In this document: piece after piece, positions 10,201 to 20,096 of the stretch
Position numbering within the stretch: position 1 is the stretch's first letter
Layout of the letters: each line of letters starts with the position of its first letter
Assembly: GCA_965277285.1 (NCBI GenBank)
Contig: OZ255721.1
Location: forward strand, 2,496,001-2,560,000
Direction: 5' to 3'
Origin: Abditibacteriaceae bacterium
Lineage (GTDB): Bacteria > Armatimonadota > Abditibacteriia > Abditibacteriales > Abditibacteriaceae
DNA: 64,000 nucleotides
Made by a program: the position numbers and the translations under genes
The notes under the pieces: model-generated
Told to the model about the DNA's origin: nothing
Database searches by the model: none
Seen by the model: only the letters and a program-made list of their open reading frames with translations

Positions 10201-11051
10201 GCCAGCTTTTCCGCATCACTTGCGACGACCAAACGCCGTTCCACCAGCGATGGCAAATGCGCCAGCGAAAGCGGCAACGTCACGAAACGATCACGAATTT
10301 GCGACAGCGCATACGCATCCAAATCGCCGATTTCTTCGACGGTTTTCTGCAACGCCGCCACGATCCACAAGCCGCATCGAGTACTCGATTCCGCATTGGA
10401 AGATGTTTGTGAGCGCCGCGCGCGTTGCGCCATAAATTGCAAAAACGCTGCGTCGCCTTGCAGCGCGCGATGTTCTCGTCCCGACAAAAACAAGGACAGT
10501 TCATCGATGCAAACCACCATTCCGCGCAGTTCGCGCCGCGTTAAGGTTTCTTCCCAAGCCGCGAAGGTCTCACCGCGCGCCGCATTGGTCGGCAACGCCA
10601 ATTCATCGGGCGAAAAACCGCGTCGCGTCCATTCGTTTCGCACTTCGCGCCAGAAAATTTCTTCCAGCGAAAAGCGCTCCGCCGCGTAATCATCGAGCGA
10701 AAAATGTACGACAAAACGCGGTGCGAAGGTCTTCAGCGCGTTGTTCAAATGCGGATGCGAGTCGGCGAACGCGTCATGTCCGGCGCCGTCGCACAACAAC
10801 GCCACGCAACCCAGCAAATGACTTTTGCCCGAACCGAACACGCCATTGAGAAAAAACGCGCCGCCGTTAGCCGAAGACAACGAACCCAGCAACGTTTCGG
10901 TCGCGTGCCGCGCGCGATCATCGAAACCCAGATAACCACCCACGAAATCGCGCGTCGCAGAACTTTGTGGCCTCTCGCGCAAAGCGCGCACATCAGCGGC
11001 TTGAACAACGGAGGGAAAGCTGCGAATCGAAACCAGATCACAAATTTTCAT
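7242..11051 (-). CDS. DUF6079-type / BrxC-like large P-loop ATPase
   Basis: 1269 aa. Walker A GVFGSGKSHLL, Walker B VVCIDE, IRDRF and LYPFHP motifs, C-terminal C..PVCAAC. Confidence 0.75.
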   Translation of the reverse strand: MKICDLVSIRSFPSVVQAADVRALRERPQSSATRDFVGGYLGFDDRARHATETLLGSLSSANGGAFFLNGVFGSGKSHLLGCVALLCDGAGHDAFADSHPHLNNALKTFAPRFVVHFSLDDYAAERFSLEEIFWREVRNEWTRRGFSPDELALPTNAARGETFAAWEETLTRRELRGMVVCIDELSLFLSGREHRALQGDAAFLQFMAQRARRSQTSSNAESSTRCGLWIVAALQKTVEEIGDLDAYALSQIRDRFVTLPLSLAHLPSLVERRLVVASDAEKLARFCDEAYDEIVRALPHLDFGRDEWKRLYPFHPATISLLAAIAVRFGSRTRSAVVFCQSIDTENPARHRVLVTDLFDFWESELSTFPDLKPLVEVWRAWPEIEGNIAIDEAEAQTMRALMKGVLLFTIGGRSASLAALTNALLLDARLPNDGNYEYVQVLLEKMRLGGAGLSLERRDGVFADRYGIDGEARAGELARRFTFNVLHNLPIGDRRIAHYLLGCCREEMPLASLESSRNHDVMWLHAPRVVAVELASEVPPIETLANRLAALTQANAAHDFLLFIVPPLTVLGDVSSTRYASHEDAERWADAWRERVDATLEILQHDEEFDIHRWQNALVWWIPRGATKGEWEQAREATAQSQLLHDPQLADNARGRGVLEHLRSGLNERETALARLGARLLREGSLSNGGGAFIEAGELPLGESWTSALEAIAEWTLPNVFPRFAEVAPRLRVLTPSNADALCLETLRRPTEAPFFAASLERTVRGIAQPLGAAVEQGGRWKIVASSTRNAAANELLMVLRQSQNTTLGAIEAHLAKSAWGLNPLQTRVLLCALLRGGEIAAFDARGQLLAPNEIGLPLSRSIQTLREGRLLDEESWARLTQIVELLSGEVVGELSFANQEQARSLLQTAQSEIVAATELAQARLHQWHRKLSSSESLTRAAETLTEMGQIATGLQLASGVESLARVAQLSSPELSPVVQSWREIIEQLEKRHAILWETHSFLTHPELIAPPEMNENRQELVTRFEQFLDDEALTEDAIRWRNEYSKRYEEWHAAQNNPARFATYRRLGESDEWRALNLLSSLATRTFPFANELQSALQNEIVKGCRRDGRLSNEPVCAACRLRWGQRLQLRDPREIEAIAQNGLDVFRQSLREDKVRQFLSEREDGAALLEWNENGDVTTLLSLLTPATLQLLDDAFRPRRRVLRLWPELESSTRKCRTKREWRAVLLHWLEGDDHLNDDDEIALVKAEPNESEALATGLSNNHIRL

Positions 11052-11166
11052 GCGCTCGCTCTGTTCAAGAATCGCGCCAATTGTAATATGAATAGATTAC
11101 TTTCGCGATGCGATCAGGTGTGCACTGTGTTATAGTGTCCGACAAGAAAGTTCCAGAGGCTCAAGA

Positions 11167-11670
11167 ATGAGAAAACTTACCAAGTTATTCCTGTCTATTG
11201 TTTTGATGCCAGCTCTGTTATTGCCCGCATTTTATCCTGGCTATTCAACACCAACTGCGGTCAAGTCTCGTTTGACTGTGGGAGATATTGCAGGTGATTA
11301 CATAACGACTGACCCGCATAGCAACTATAGGTTCGTAACCATTTCTTTTATTGGCAAAACGTCAAAGAAGAATGATCTGGAGCAAGGGGCTTTTAGGGGA
11401 CAAATAGGTAATCTACCTTTGGTTGGGCAAGGAATAATCTCGGGAGATGAAGGATATTTAGATAATTACGTAAATTTTGACTTCATGTTTTTGGAGCCTC
11501 AAGATGTAACTCTTTTGATGCACTCAAGATCTACAATGAGCAAGGGTAGAGTTAGCGGATTGCTTATCAACGAGGCGGGAACTTCTTCAAATGGAAAGCA
11601 AGTTTTACCCATCAAATTTCGGCGTGTTTCTCGCGTGGAATTCCTTGAATTTCAGCGCACGCATCGTTGA
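11167..11670 (+). CDS. Hypothetical secreted protein, AT-richer than its neighbours
   Basis: Signal-peptide-like N-terminus; fills the gap between the two BREX-like genes. Confidence 0.6.
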   Translation: MRKLTKLFLSIVLMPALLLPAFYPGYSTPTAVKSRLTVGDIAGDYITTDPHSNYRFVTISFIGKTSKKNDLEQGAFRGQIGNLPLVGQGIISGDEGYLDNYVNFDFMFLEPQDVTLLMHSRSTMSKGRVSGLLINEAGTSSNGKQVLPIKFRRVSRVEFLEFQRTHR

Positions 11671-11729
11671 AGTGCGAACCATTAACTTTTTACCTGTAAA
11701 TTCCAAATCTTGAACTGATTTTCGATTAA

Positions 11730-12584
11730 TCAAATCGCGGTTGCCAATAGCGAATCCACCAGCGCATCAAGGTTGCCGAAGACGAGGCGCAGTTGAGTTC
11801 CGCGCGAGGCGATGAGTTGGTGGCGGCGCGCCGACTGGCAATGCGCTTCGACTTGCGCGGGCGAGAGCAGCAGCGTGCGCGCGAAATCGGAAACCGTTAA
11901 AGCGTCTTCAGAAACAGAAAAGTTGGGGCCGGTCGCGTGCGGCAGAAACTCATCGTAAAACGCCCACACGAAAGTGACCAGCGAAACATCGTGCGCGCTC
12001 AAGCGGAAAGCTGTCGGGTGGCCACGCAGTTCGCTTTGACGTTCGCGCGCGATCAATCCGGCGCCTTGCAGTACTCGAAGTGCGCGGTCAATTGTCGAGC
12101 GATTGGTGAAATCCCAACGGTCGCGCGCATATTCCAGAACGAAAGAGCGCGTCAAAATCGGCGCAGTCGAAAGCAGTTGCGCGCCGTTGCGAGCCGCGAA
12201 GTTCTCCTGAGGAACGCCTTCAGGCGCTTGTCCCAACACGCAAACCGGATAAAACAGTTCGCGCGCAATGGCGCCGACAATGGCATCGACTTGCGACAAG
12301 CGCAGGAACAACAGTTCGATTTGCGCATCGGCGCGACGACCACGCGCGACCAGACGGATGAACGGTTGTTGTTGCGGTGGCGGCGCGATGTCGGTTTTGG
12401 TGTGCTCGAAAAAGCGCTGCACGAACTTGGCGGCGATGCGCAGACGCGTCATTTCGCTGGGCTGCGACAAATCGGACGCGATGTGTTCGATCAGCGCGCG
12501 GCGGTCGCTGATTTTGGTTTTCTCGGCGAACTTGATGGCGCGCAGCGATTCGTAAGGATAAAACTCTTGCCCGAAAGATTTCAC
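11730..12584 (-). CDS. BrxA-like (DUF1819-like) protein
   Basis: 'SEMTRLRIAAKFVQRFF' and 'STIDRALRVLQGAGLI' resemble BrxA helices; same strand as and upstream of the DUF6079 ATPase. Confidence 0.5.
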   Translation of the reverse strand: MKSFGQEFYPYESLRAIKFAEKTKISDRRALIEHIASDLSQPSEMTRLRIAAKFVQRFFEHTKTDIAPPPQQQPFIRLVARGRRADAQIELLFLRLSQVDAIVGAIARELFYPVCVLGQAPEGVPQENFAARNGAQLLSTAPILTRSFVLEYARDRWDFTNRSTIDRALRVLQGAGLIARERQSELRGHPTAFRLSAHDVSLVTFVWAFYDEFLPHATGPNFSVSEDALTVSDFARTLLLSPAQVEAHCQSARRHQLIASRGTQLRLVFGNLDALVDSLLATAI

Positions 12585-12897
12585 AAGGGGATTTTAACAA
12601 GCGAACCCAAAAACCGCAGAGACGCGAAGGCGCAAAGAAATTGAGAGGCAAAAGAAAGCGTGAAGTGCCTCTTCATTTGGCGTTTTGCAAAATCAGTTTG
12701 CAAAGAAAGTACGGAACTTTTGGAACGTTGGAGTTTGTCATGCTGAGCGCAGCGAAGGATTTAACAATAGTTTGAGGAAACTTACAGTAGATCCTTCGCT
12801 GCGCTCAGCATGACGAACTTCTGCCTGGCGGATGTTGACACTTTCTTCACACTTCCAGCGGCTCTAAGGTCGATTAAAAGCACATCGAGTACTCGAT

Positions 12898-15327
12898 TTA
12901 AGCGGCGGTGACTTGAATGACGGCGACGCGTTGCCAGGCGGTTGTTGTGTTGTTGGCATGACGCACCAAGCGCACCCACACAATGTGTTCGCCCAACGCT
13001 CCGACCGCGATTTGCAACGGCAATTGGACGCGCAACGTTGCTCCGACGCGTGTGCCTTGCGGGACAACCAGGCGCAGTGTTTGTTTGGTGACGGTCAGCG
13101 ACGCGCCACGCGCATCAATCGCCAGAGGACTGGGCACGTGCCAGTCTTTTTCTGCCACTTCGCCTTGCGAGGGCAACGGACTCGGCGTAAAAAAGTCTTG
13201 CGGTGACACCAAAACTTCGATAAAACCCGTTTGCACGGCGACGGGCACGCTTTTCAAATCGGTTGTTGGCGCGCCGGTTTCGCCCGGAGAAAGCGGCGTG
13301 GTGAAAGGCGCACGAAAATCAAGCGTCAGCGTCGTCATGTTTTCGCGCTTGAGATGTGCCATTTCCACCGACGACTTGGCATGCTCGCCTTCATTTTCTC
13401 CTTCGTTGCGACGCATCATCGCAACGGGAAAAAGGGCGTTCAATATGGTCTTGCTGGCGACTTTCGAGTACTCGATGTCGGAAATCGGCGTGGCGGGAAG
13501 CGGCAAAGTACGGCGACTGGCGAGCCAGATCAAGCCGTTGGGCAACAGCGGCGTGAGCGGAAAGTTGGCGTCGATTTCGGGATAAAAATACGTGTAAGCA
13601 ACGGGGCCGCGCGCCTGCCATTCGTGCGTCAAAGCGGTGAAGCTTTGGCGTCCAATGCGTCGACGCAACGGAAGGCCCCACGGGGTTTGCACGCCGCGCG
13701 CGCGGTTCAAAACGAACTGCGCATACCAAAAACTCCATAGCGAGTCGTCCGAACCCGTTATAACAGCGGTGACTTTTTGCGTCGGAAACTGGCTTTGCAA
13801 ACGCTCCAGTGCAGTTGCGCGCTCGATTGCGGCATCGCGCGCGTGCAAGTCGCCATGACGCGTCGCCATCGGAATGGAAAGCGACCATTGCGCGAAGATC
13901 GTCGCGGGAATCAGCAACTTGGCGAGCGTTCCCAAACGCCACTGCCAACCGGAAGCGCTGGGGTTTTGCGCGTTTCGAGTACTCGATATTCTATCGTCCC
14001 AACGCGCGCCGACTTGCGCAACTTTGAGCAAAGCGGCCTGCAATCCGAAACCCATCCAAATCGCCAGCACGAGGTAAAACGGAAACAAAAAGTTCGCCAT
14101 CTCGCTGGTGGGAACGTTATAGTTGATCTCGAACCCGAGGTTGCACAACACGATCAAGGCGAGAGCAATGCCCAGCGCGCGATCCCGTTTCCAGCACGCG
14201 ACAGCGCCGGCTGGAATCAATAAAAACGCCCACAACCATTGCGCCAAAAGCTGTATCAGCAACGCGCCCGTTTTGCCTGGAATGGCGGACGGCGGTGAGG
14301 CGAACCACTTCATCACGAAATGATGTCCGGCAAATTCGACCGGCGTCGGTTGCAAAAACAAAAACTCGTATTGGTGCGCGCGAATATGCGCATACCAGCT
14401 CCCAAAGCTCGTTATGTTCGTCCAATCGAGAGGCCACCATTGGCCGTTTACCGGCGCGGGAAAAAGCGACGCACGCAACGGAAAATAAAGCGTCAGCGCA
14501 TAGGCCGCGCCGGTAAAAGCCAGCAAACCGCCCAAACGTCGCCACCATTGGCGGCGCGTTCCGAAAACGCCGCGATGATGTCCCATCGCCAAGTAGAACA
14601 AGCCTGGAAACGCGAAAATCCACGACATATGCGTGTTCAGCGCAAGTCCCGCCAAAACCGCCAGCGAATAAAGCCAGCGCCAATCGGGATCGTTTTCCTG
14701 CACGCTCTGGTGCCATCGCACGGCGCAATAAATGAGTAGTGCCGTCATCGCCGCGATCATCACATGAACGTCGATAATGACGGCTTGCGCGAACAAGAAG
14801 AAAAATCCCGCCAGCAACAAACTCGCGCCGATGCTTGACCAGGCAACTATCGCATCGTCGGGCGTACTGTCGTTTTGAGAAGTTTGGTTTTGAAAAGTGG
14901 GTGAAGAATGTGGCGTGTGTCTGCTATCGAGTACTCGAAGTAAAGTGGCGCAGGTCATTCCGACGGTGACGGCGCCACACAGCGCCGACAAGATGTTCAA
15001 TCGCCACGCGACTTCGCCCCACGGCACAAGGGAAGTAAAAGTGCGCGCCAGCGAACAATAAAGCGCGAAGCCTGTCGGATGACCGATGCCCAGGTTCCAC
15101 ACCGTCGCCGCGAATTCGCCGCAATCGCTGCCGTAAGTGACCGTCGTGGAAACATTGAACGCGTATAAGACAAACACGATCAATCCGACCAAAAACGGCA
15201 GACCGCGCTTGAAATCAAAAGACAGCGAGATTTTTGGCGAAGAACCTTTGAATTTTGGCGACACAGCAGTGTCCGCTGGGAGGCCAGCCGCAGCGCTCAT
15301 TTGCGTATGGGGAATTTTTTCACTCAT
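12898..15327 (-). CDS. DUF2723 / TMEM260-like membrane glycosyltransferase
   Basis: GSDCGEF...LGIGHPTGFALY motif followed by multiple TM segments. Confidence 0.85.
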   Translation of the reverse strand: MSEKIPHTQMSAAAGLPADTAVSPKFKGSSPKISLSFDFKRGLPFLVGLIVFVLYAFNVSTTVTYGSDCGEFAATVWNLGIGHPTGFALYCSLARTFTSLVPWGEVAWRLNILSALCGAVTVGMTCATLLRVLDSRHTPHSSPTFQNQTSQNDSTPDDAIVAWSSIGASLLLAGFFFLFAQAVIIDVHVMIAAMTALLIYCAVRWHQSVQENDPDWRWLYSLAVLAGLALNTHMSWIFAFPGLFYLAMGHHRGVFGTRRQWWRRLGGLLAFTGAAYALTLYFPLRASLFPAPVNGQWWPLDWTNITSFGSWYAHIRAHQYEFLFLQPTPVEFAGHHFVMKWFASPPSAIPGKTGALLIQLLAQWLWAFLLIPAGAVACWKRDRALGIALALIVLCNLGFEINYNVPTSEMANFLFPFYLVLAIWMGFGLQAALLKVAQVGARWDDRISSTRNAQNPSASGWQWRLGTLAKLLIPATIFAQWSLSIPMATRHGDLHARDAAIERATALERLQSQFPTQKVTAVITGSDDSLWSFWYAQFVLNRARGVQTPWGLPLRRRIGRQSFTALTHEWQARGPVAYTYFYPEIDANFPLTPLLPNGLIWLASRRTLPLPATPISDIEYSKVASKTILNALFPVAMMRRNEGENEGEHAKSSVEMAHLKRENMTTLTLDFRAPFTTPLSPGETGAPTTDLKSVPVAVQTGFIEVLVSPQDFFTPSPLPSQGEVAEKDWHVPSPLAIDARGASLTVTKQTLRLVVPQGTRVGATLRVQLPLQIAVGALGEHIVWVRLVRHANNTTTAWQRVAVIQVTAA

Positions 15328-15427
15328 GCGCACAGATTATGCGGTTTTCTGTGCGCATCTGGCAATACCACGAAGGGATTCAAAGGCGATCAAAGGTTTT
15401 TCTTTTGCCACATGATTTGTGGCTCCT

Positions 15428-15610
15428 TCAACCCGTGGCAGTGGCCAAAACAGTATTTAAGTTGTGATTCGCATTGTTGAACAAACTCTCGCGCACACCG
15501 CGCCCAAATACAGTGACACCAGCGACAGCTATCAAAGCAATTAACGAGATCAACAATCCATACTCCACTAAGGTCTGTCCTTCTTCTTCTATCCAAAAAC
15601 GCTTGATCAT
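15428..15610 (-). CDS. flp: Flp family type IVb pilin
   Basis: EEEGQTLVEYGLL Flp motif, hydrophobic helix, GGAGG RBS. Confidence 0.9.
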   Translation of the reverse strand: MIKRFWIEEEGQTLVEYGLLISLIALIAVAGVTVFGRGVRESLFNNANHNLNTVLATATG

Positions 15611-15785
15611 AAAAACCTCCCTTATTTGCAAAGCGCCAGACTAATTATTGGCTGTCCTGGCAACTTCACCCGCAAATGGGCGAAATGGCGCTCCAAGAAA
15701 GGCTGCGTGTCTCCTGCATCTCGCAAGCCCTTACCTTTTCCGATATTGCAATAAAATTGCCTTATGTAAATAAACGTTTGGTTTT

Positions 15786-15800
15786 GCACGCAAGTAGCCA
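15786..15800 (-). promoter_or_regulatory. Possible sigma-54 (-24/-12) promoter upstream of flp
   Basis: Minus strand reads TGGC-tacttgcg-TGC, with correct GG-N10-GC spacing. Confidence 0.35.
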
Positions 15801-16117
15801 ACAAGGTTATTAACCAGTGGTGCGGGTTGTTAGCAGAGCGCCAAACCGATTCTTTCAAGCGTAGAAGGTGTTTTCTCTAATATTTTGCTCGCGGCAGATA
15901 TGAAACGTCGTGCGCGTGTTGCATTCGAGACGATGGTAGGTGAGTAATCAACTGCCCCAAACATGAGACGCAGATGCGCCGCTTGTCGCAAGCAACTTGT
16001 CGCAAGCAACAAACGGCGCGTTAACGAACATCGAGTACTCGATATTTAAAAAACTTGAATTTTCAAGCGTTTTTCAAATGGGGCAAAGATTCATCTACAA
16101 GACGATTTGCAGACACT

Positions 16118-17482
16118 TCAAGCAAGCAAATGGGGCTTTTCCTGGTAGATTTTCCAGAGCAGTTCGCCATAGATTGTGTTAGTCCAGGCAAACCAGGCGC
16201 GCGTAAAATCGCGCGGATCGTCTTTGTGGAAAGACTCGTGCATAAAACCAGTGTCGCCATGCGTTCTTTGCAAGCTTTTCAAGCACACGCGAATTTCATC
16301 ATCATCATCGCTGGTCAAGGCCTGAGTGATGAGGCTCATCGGCCAAATCATGTCCATGCCGATGTGCGGGCCGCCAATGCCTTCCGCATCCTTGCCACGA
16401 AAAAAGAAGGGGTTGTCTGAAGAAAGTAGGAAGCGGCGCGTGTTTTGGTAAATCGGGTCGGTTGCTTCCACGGCGCCTAAGTAAGGCAGCGAAAGCAAGC
16501 TTGGAATGTTGGCGTCATCCATCAGGTTATAGCTGCCAAAGCCGTTCACTTCGTAAGCGTAAATCGGGCCGTATTGAGGATGTTCGATAATGGCGTGTTT
16601 TTGCAGCGCTTCTTCCACTTCCTCGGCCAGGGCGCGCAATTCTTCGGCAGTGTTTGGATCACGGGTAATTTGCTCCATCATCTCAGCGGCCTGTCTGAGA
16701 ACGACGACCGCGAAAAAGTTGGATGGAATCAGGAAAGAGTAAAGCGAGGCGTCGTCGCTTGGCCTGAAAGAAGAGCAAATAAGTCCCACTGGCTTGACGG
16801 GATAGCCGTAACCTTGAAGCGGAAGGCTGTCGGTTGCGTGCCGCGTGTTCCTTTGAAATTTGTAAGGACCCGGGCCATTTTTGCGTTGCTGTTCGCGGAA
16901 AACTTGCAGCGTCGTTTTGATGGCCTCGTGCCAACGATTGTCGAAAGGTGTCACATCGCCGGTGATTTGCCAGTAATGGTACGCCAGCCTGATGGGATAG
17001 CACAAGGAATCGATCTCCCATTTGCGCTCATGCACGCCGGGCTTCATTTCCGTGAAATCGGTGTGCCAATCGCTAATTTCGTTTTCATCGTTGTGAAAAG
17101 CATTGGCGTAAGGATCTTTCAGGATGCACTGCGTTTGCTTGTTGATAACACCTGCAATGAGTTGCTGCAGAGAAGCATCTTCGTTGATAAAGCGCAGATA
17201 AGGCCAGACCTGCGCCGTGCTATCGCGGAGCCACATGGCATCAATATCACCAGTAATGACATAAGTGCTGGGCTTGCCTTCTTTCATTTCAAAGAAAACA
17301 GTTGTATCCAGCGTGTTGGGGAAACAATTTCCAAAAAGCCAGCCCAGTTCTTCATCTTCGACTTTCGCCTGGAACTCGGTAATGGCGCGCTCAACGGCGT
17401 CGCTTTTGAAACGTCGTGAATTGATTGGCACGCGAACGACGGGAAAGGTCGCGGAACTTTCGGTGGATGCTTTGCTATTCAT
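16118..17482 (-). CDS. Glycoside hydrolase family 125 (exo-alpha-1,6-mannosidase-like)
   Basis: NCFPNTLDTT, TGDIDAMWLRDS, ERKWEIDSL, FRPSDD, MDDANIPSLL and HESF motifs. Confidence 0.93.
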   Translation of the reverse strand: MNSKASTESSATFPVVRVPINSRRFKSDAVERAITEFQAKVEDEELGWLFGNCFPNTLDTTVFFEMKEGKPSTYVITGDIDAMWLRDSTAQVWPYLRFINEDASLQQLIAGVINKQTQCILKDPYANAFHNDENEISDWHTDFTEMKPGVHERKWEIDSLCYPIRLAYHYWQITGDVTPFDNRWHEAIKTTLQVFREQQRKNGPGPYKFQRNTRHATDSLPLQGYGYPVKPVGLICSSFRPSDDASLYSFLIPSNFFAVVVLRQAAEMMEQITRDPNTAEELRALAEEVEEALQKHAIIEHPQYGPIYAYEVNGFGSYNLMDDANIPSLLSLPYLGAVEATDPIYQNTRRFLLSSDNPFFFRGKDAEGIGGPHIGMDMIWPMSLITQALTSDDDDEIRVCLKSLQRTHGDTGFMHESFHKDDPRDFTRAWFAWTNTIYGELLWKIYQEKPHLLA

Positions 17483-17722
17483 AAAAAGAGTGGGGTTTCC
17501 TTGTGGTAGATATTTGCTTCGCCGACGGCAAAAACAAGAATCATCGTCTGGACGCAGCGGAACGCGCTTTATTTTATCTGGTTGATGAAAATGGTTGATG
17601 AACGGAGAGGCCTTGACGCAAACCCAGATGAACGCTCGCGTCAGTGCATATCAGCCACACATTTGTTCGTCGTTGGGAATTGATCAAGTTCACCAGAAAG
17701 TTTCCAGGTTACAGATAAGCCT

Positions 17723-18673
17723 TTACTTTCGCTGACGCCAGCGGTGACACAAATCGCGTGCGGCGTCCGGCCAATTCGAGTACTCGAACTCGAAGCCACT
17801 TTCTTGCAAGCGCGCGGGAATCACGCGACGGCTTTTGAGGACGAGTTCGCTTTCTGTACGCATGGCGCGCGTGCCGATTTCGATCATCCAACGCGTCGCG
17901 GGCAAGCCGATTTTGATGCCCCACGCGGCGCGCAAATTACGCATAAAATCGCGGTACGATAAAGGCTGCGGCGCGCAGAAATTAACGGCGCCACTCATTT
18001 CGTCGTGCGCGATTGCCCATTCTACCGCGCGCACGAAATCATCGCCGTGAATCCACGACACATATTGGCGTCCATTTCCGGCTGAACCGCCTAATCCGCG
18101 ACGCACCAAACTCAACAAAACGTCGAAAACGCCGCCGCGATCTTCGCTCATCACCATCGCCGCACGCATCTTGACTTTGCGCGTTTGCGGAGTATTCGCT
18201 TCATCAAGCGCGGTTTCCCACGCTTTGGCGACCTGGATGCTGAAACGCCACGTCTCGGGAACGTTCGGTTCGTCGCCGCCGATGATTCCACTGTGTTCGT
18301 CGTTTGGAAAGTCGAAGCGATGCGCGTAAATCGTTGCTGTACTCATTTGCAGCCAGATGCGCGGCGGGTTCTGGGATTGCGCAATCGCTTGCCCGACAAC
18401 GCGTGTACTCGCAACGCGCGAATCGAGGATGAGGCGGCGATTTTCTGCGTTGTAGCGGCAATTGACGCTGCGCCCTGCAAGGTTTATCACGACATCGGCG
18501 CCGTCGATTTCGCACGCCCAATCGCCCACTGTTTGCGCGTCCCACATCACGAAACGCCCCGCTAAAACGTTCTGTTGACGGCTCAGAACAACGACTTCAT
18601 CACCTTTGGCGGCAAAACAGCGCGCCAAAATCTGCCCAACCTGACCGCTGCCGCCGCAAAGCACGATTTTCAT
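17723..18673 (-). CDS. TIGR01777-type NAD-dependent epimerase/oxidoreductase (DUF1731)
   Basis: GGSGQVG Rossmann motif, INLAGRSV, GNGRQYVSWIH, KSRRVIPARL. Confidence 0.9.
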   Translation of the reverse strand: MKIVLCGGSGQVGQILARCFAAKGDEVVVLSRQQNVLAGRFVMWDAQTVGDWACEIDGADVVINLAGRSVNCRYNAENRRLILDSRVASTRVVGQAIAQSQNPPRIWLQMSTATIYAHRFDFPNDEHSGIIGGDEPNVPETWRFSIQVAKAWETALDEANTPQTRKVKMRAAMVMSEDRGGVFDVLLSLVRRGLGGSAGNGRQYVSWIHGDDFVRAVEWAIAHDEMSGAVNFCAPQPLSYRDFMRNLRAAWGIKIGLPATRWMIEIGTRAMRTESELVLKSRRVIPARLQESGFEFEYSNWPDAARDLCHRWRQRK

Positions 18674-18714
18674 GGATTGGGAAGGAATCGAGTACTCGAA
18701 GTGTTGAATGCATC

Positions 18715-18792
18715 GTAGGGGCGTCAGCTTGCTGCGCCCGTGTTCGAGTACTCGATTTCTTCAAATCGGGCGCAGCAAGCTGACGCCCCTAC
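18715..18792. repeat. GTAG-type REP doublet (family C)
   Basis: GTAGGGGCGTCAGCTTGCTGCGCCC ... GGGCGCAGCAAGCTGACGCCCCTAC, with the 12-mer palindrome in the loop. A second GTAG...CTAC element lies at 58156-58258. Confidence 0.85.
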
Positions 18793-18793
18793 A

Positions 18794-19861
18794 TTAAGCC
18801 TCGACGATTTCTCGCGCTCGTAACTCTGCAAAACTTTGCGCTTCGAGTTCATAACGTTGGCAGGCGCGCAGGCAATCGGCCAGAATGTCTTCGAGTTCCA
18901 GCATCGAAGAAACCTGGCACAAACGCCCGCGAAGAGCGCTCGATTCGGGCAAGCCTTTGGTGTACCACGCAGCGTGGCGGCGCATTTCGTTCATCGCAGT
19001 GCGTTCGCCTTTGAGAGCGATCAGTTCGCGCGCGTGCCACAACGCGGTTTCGATCTTTTCCTGCGCAGGGATTTCGGGCGCTTCGGTGCCATCTTTGAGG
19101 TATTGCGCGACCGCCGCGAACAGAAACGGATTGCCTTGTGCGGCGCGCCCGATCATCACGCCATCGCAGCCGGTTACGTCCAGCATTCGTCTGGCATCTT
19201 GTCCGTTTTCCACATCTCCGCAACCGATAACCGGAATCTCGACGGCTTCTTTGACGCGACGAATCACGTCCCAGTTAGCGCGTCCGGTGAATGCTTGCTT
19301 GCCGGTTCGCCCGTGAACACTCACCGCGACAACGCCGACATCTTGCGCGCGGCGCGCCATTTCCGGTGCGTTGATGGAGTTGTCGTCCCAACCGGCGCGC
19401 ATTTTTACGGTGACAGGAACGCCAAATTGCGCGGCGCCTTCGACTGTCGCCGCGAAAACGCGTTGTGTTTGTTCGGGGTTTTTCATCATCAGGCAACCCG
19501 CGCCACACTTGGCGATTTTGTGGACGGCGCATCCCATGTTGATGTCGATGGCGTCCGGTTTCGACTGCGCGATAATGGCGGCGGCTTGGCGCATCAAGTC
19601 TTCGTCGGCGCCAAAAATTTGCACCGCGACGGGGCGTTCTTCTTCCGAAAACCAGGCGAGTTGATGGGTTTTTTCGAGAGAACGTTCGCCGCCAAAGACC
19701 AGAGCGGCGCTGGAAATCAGTTCGCTCCAGCTCATGCCCGCACCATAGCGACGACAAAGTAGGCGAAACGGCGCGCTCGTCACGCCCGCCATCGGCGCCA
19801 GCACGACATTGGGTTCCACGTTGATGTTGGCAATTTTCACGGCAGAAAGTTTAACCGCCAA
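18794..19861 (-). CDS. dusB: tRNA-dihydrouridine synthase B
   Basis: LAPMAGVT, DINMGC, VTVKMRAGWD, VHGRT and GVMIGRAAQGNP motifs. Confidence 0.93.
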   Translation of the reverse strand: MAVKLSAVKIANINVEPNVVLAPMAGVTSAPFRLLCRRYGAGMSWSELISSAALVFGGERSLEKTHQLAWFSEEERPVAVQIFGADEDLMRQAAAIIAQSKPDAIDINMGCAVHKIAKCGAGCLMMKNPEQTQRVFAATVEGAAQFGVPVTVKMRAGWDDNSINAPEMARRAQDVGVVAVSVHGRTGKQAFTGRANWDVIRRVKEAVEIPVIGCGDVENGQDARRMLDVTGCDGVMIGRAAQGNPFLFAAVAQYLKDGTEAPEIPAQEKIETALWHARELIALKGERTAMNEMRRHAAWYTKGLPESSALRGRLCQVSSMLELEDILADCLRACQRYELEAQSFAELRAREIVEA

Positions 19862-20096
19862 GACGCCAAGCGCGCAGAGAAAGAAAACAATCGAGTACTC
19901 GAAACTCGCAGTTTGTCATTCTGAGTGCAGCGAAGAATCTGGTTGAAGTTAGATTCTTCGCTGCACTCAGAATGACAAACTGGTAATTTCGAGCGTTTTC
20001 TCTAACTTTCTATACACGCTCTCGGAATGACGAAACTACAGTTTCGTCTGCTTTTTCGACACACTCAGAAGGACAAAAACTCGTTCGTCTCTGCGG

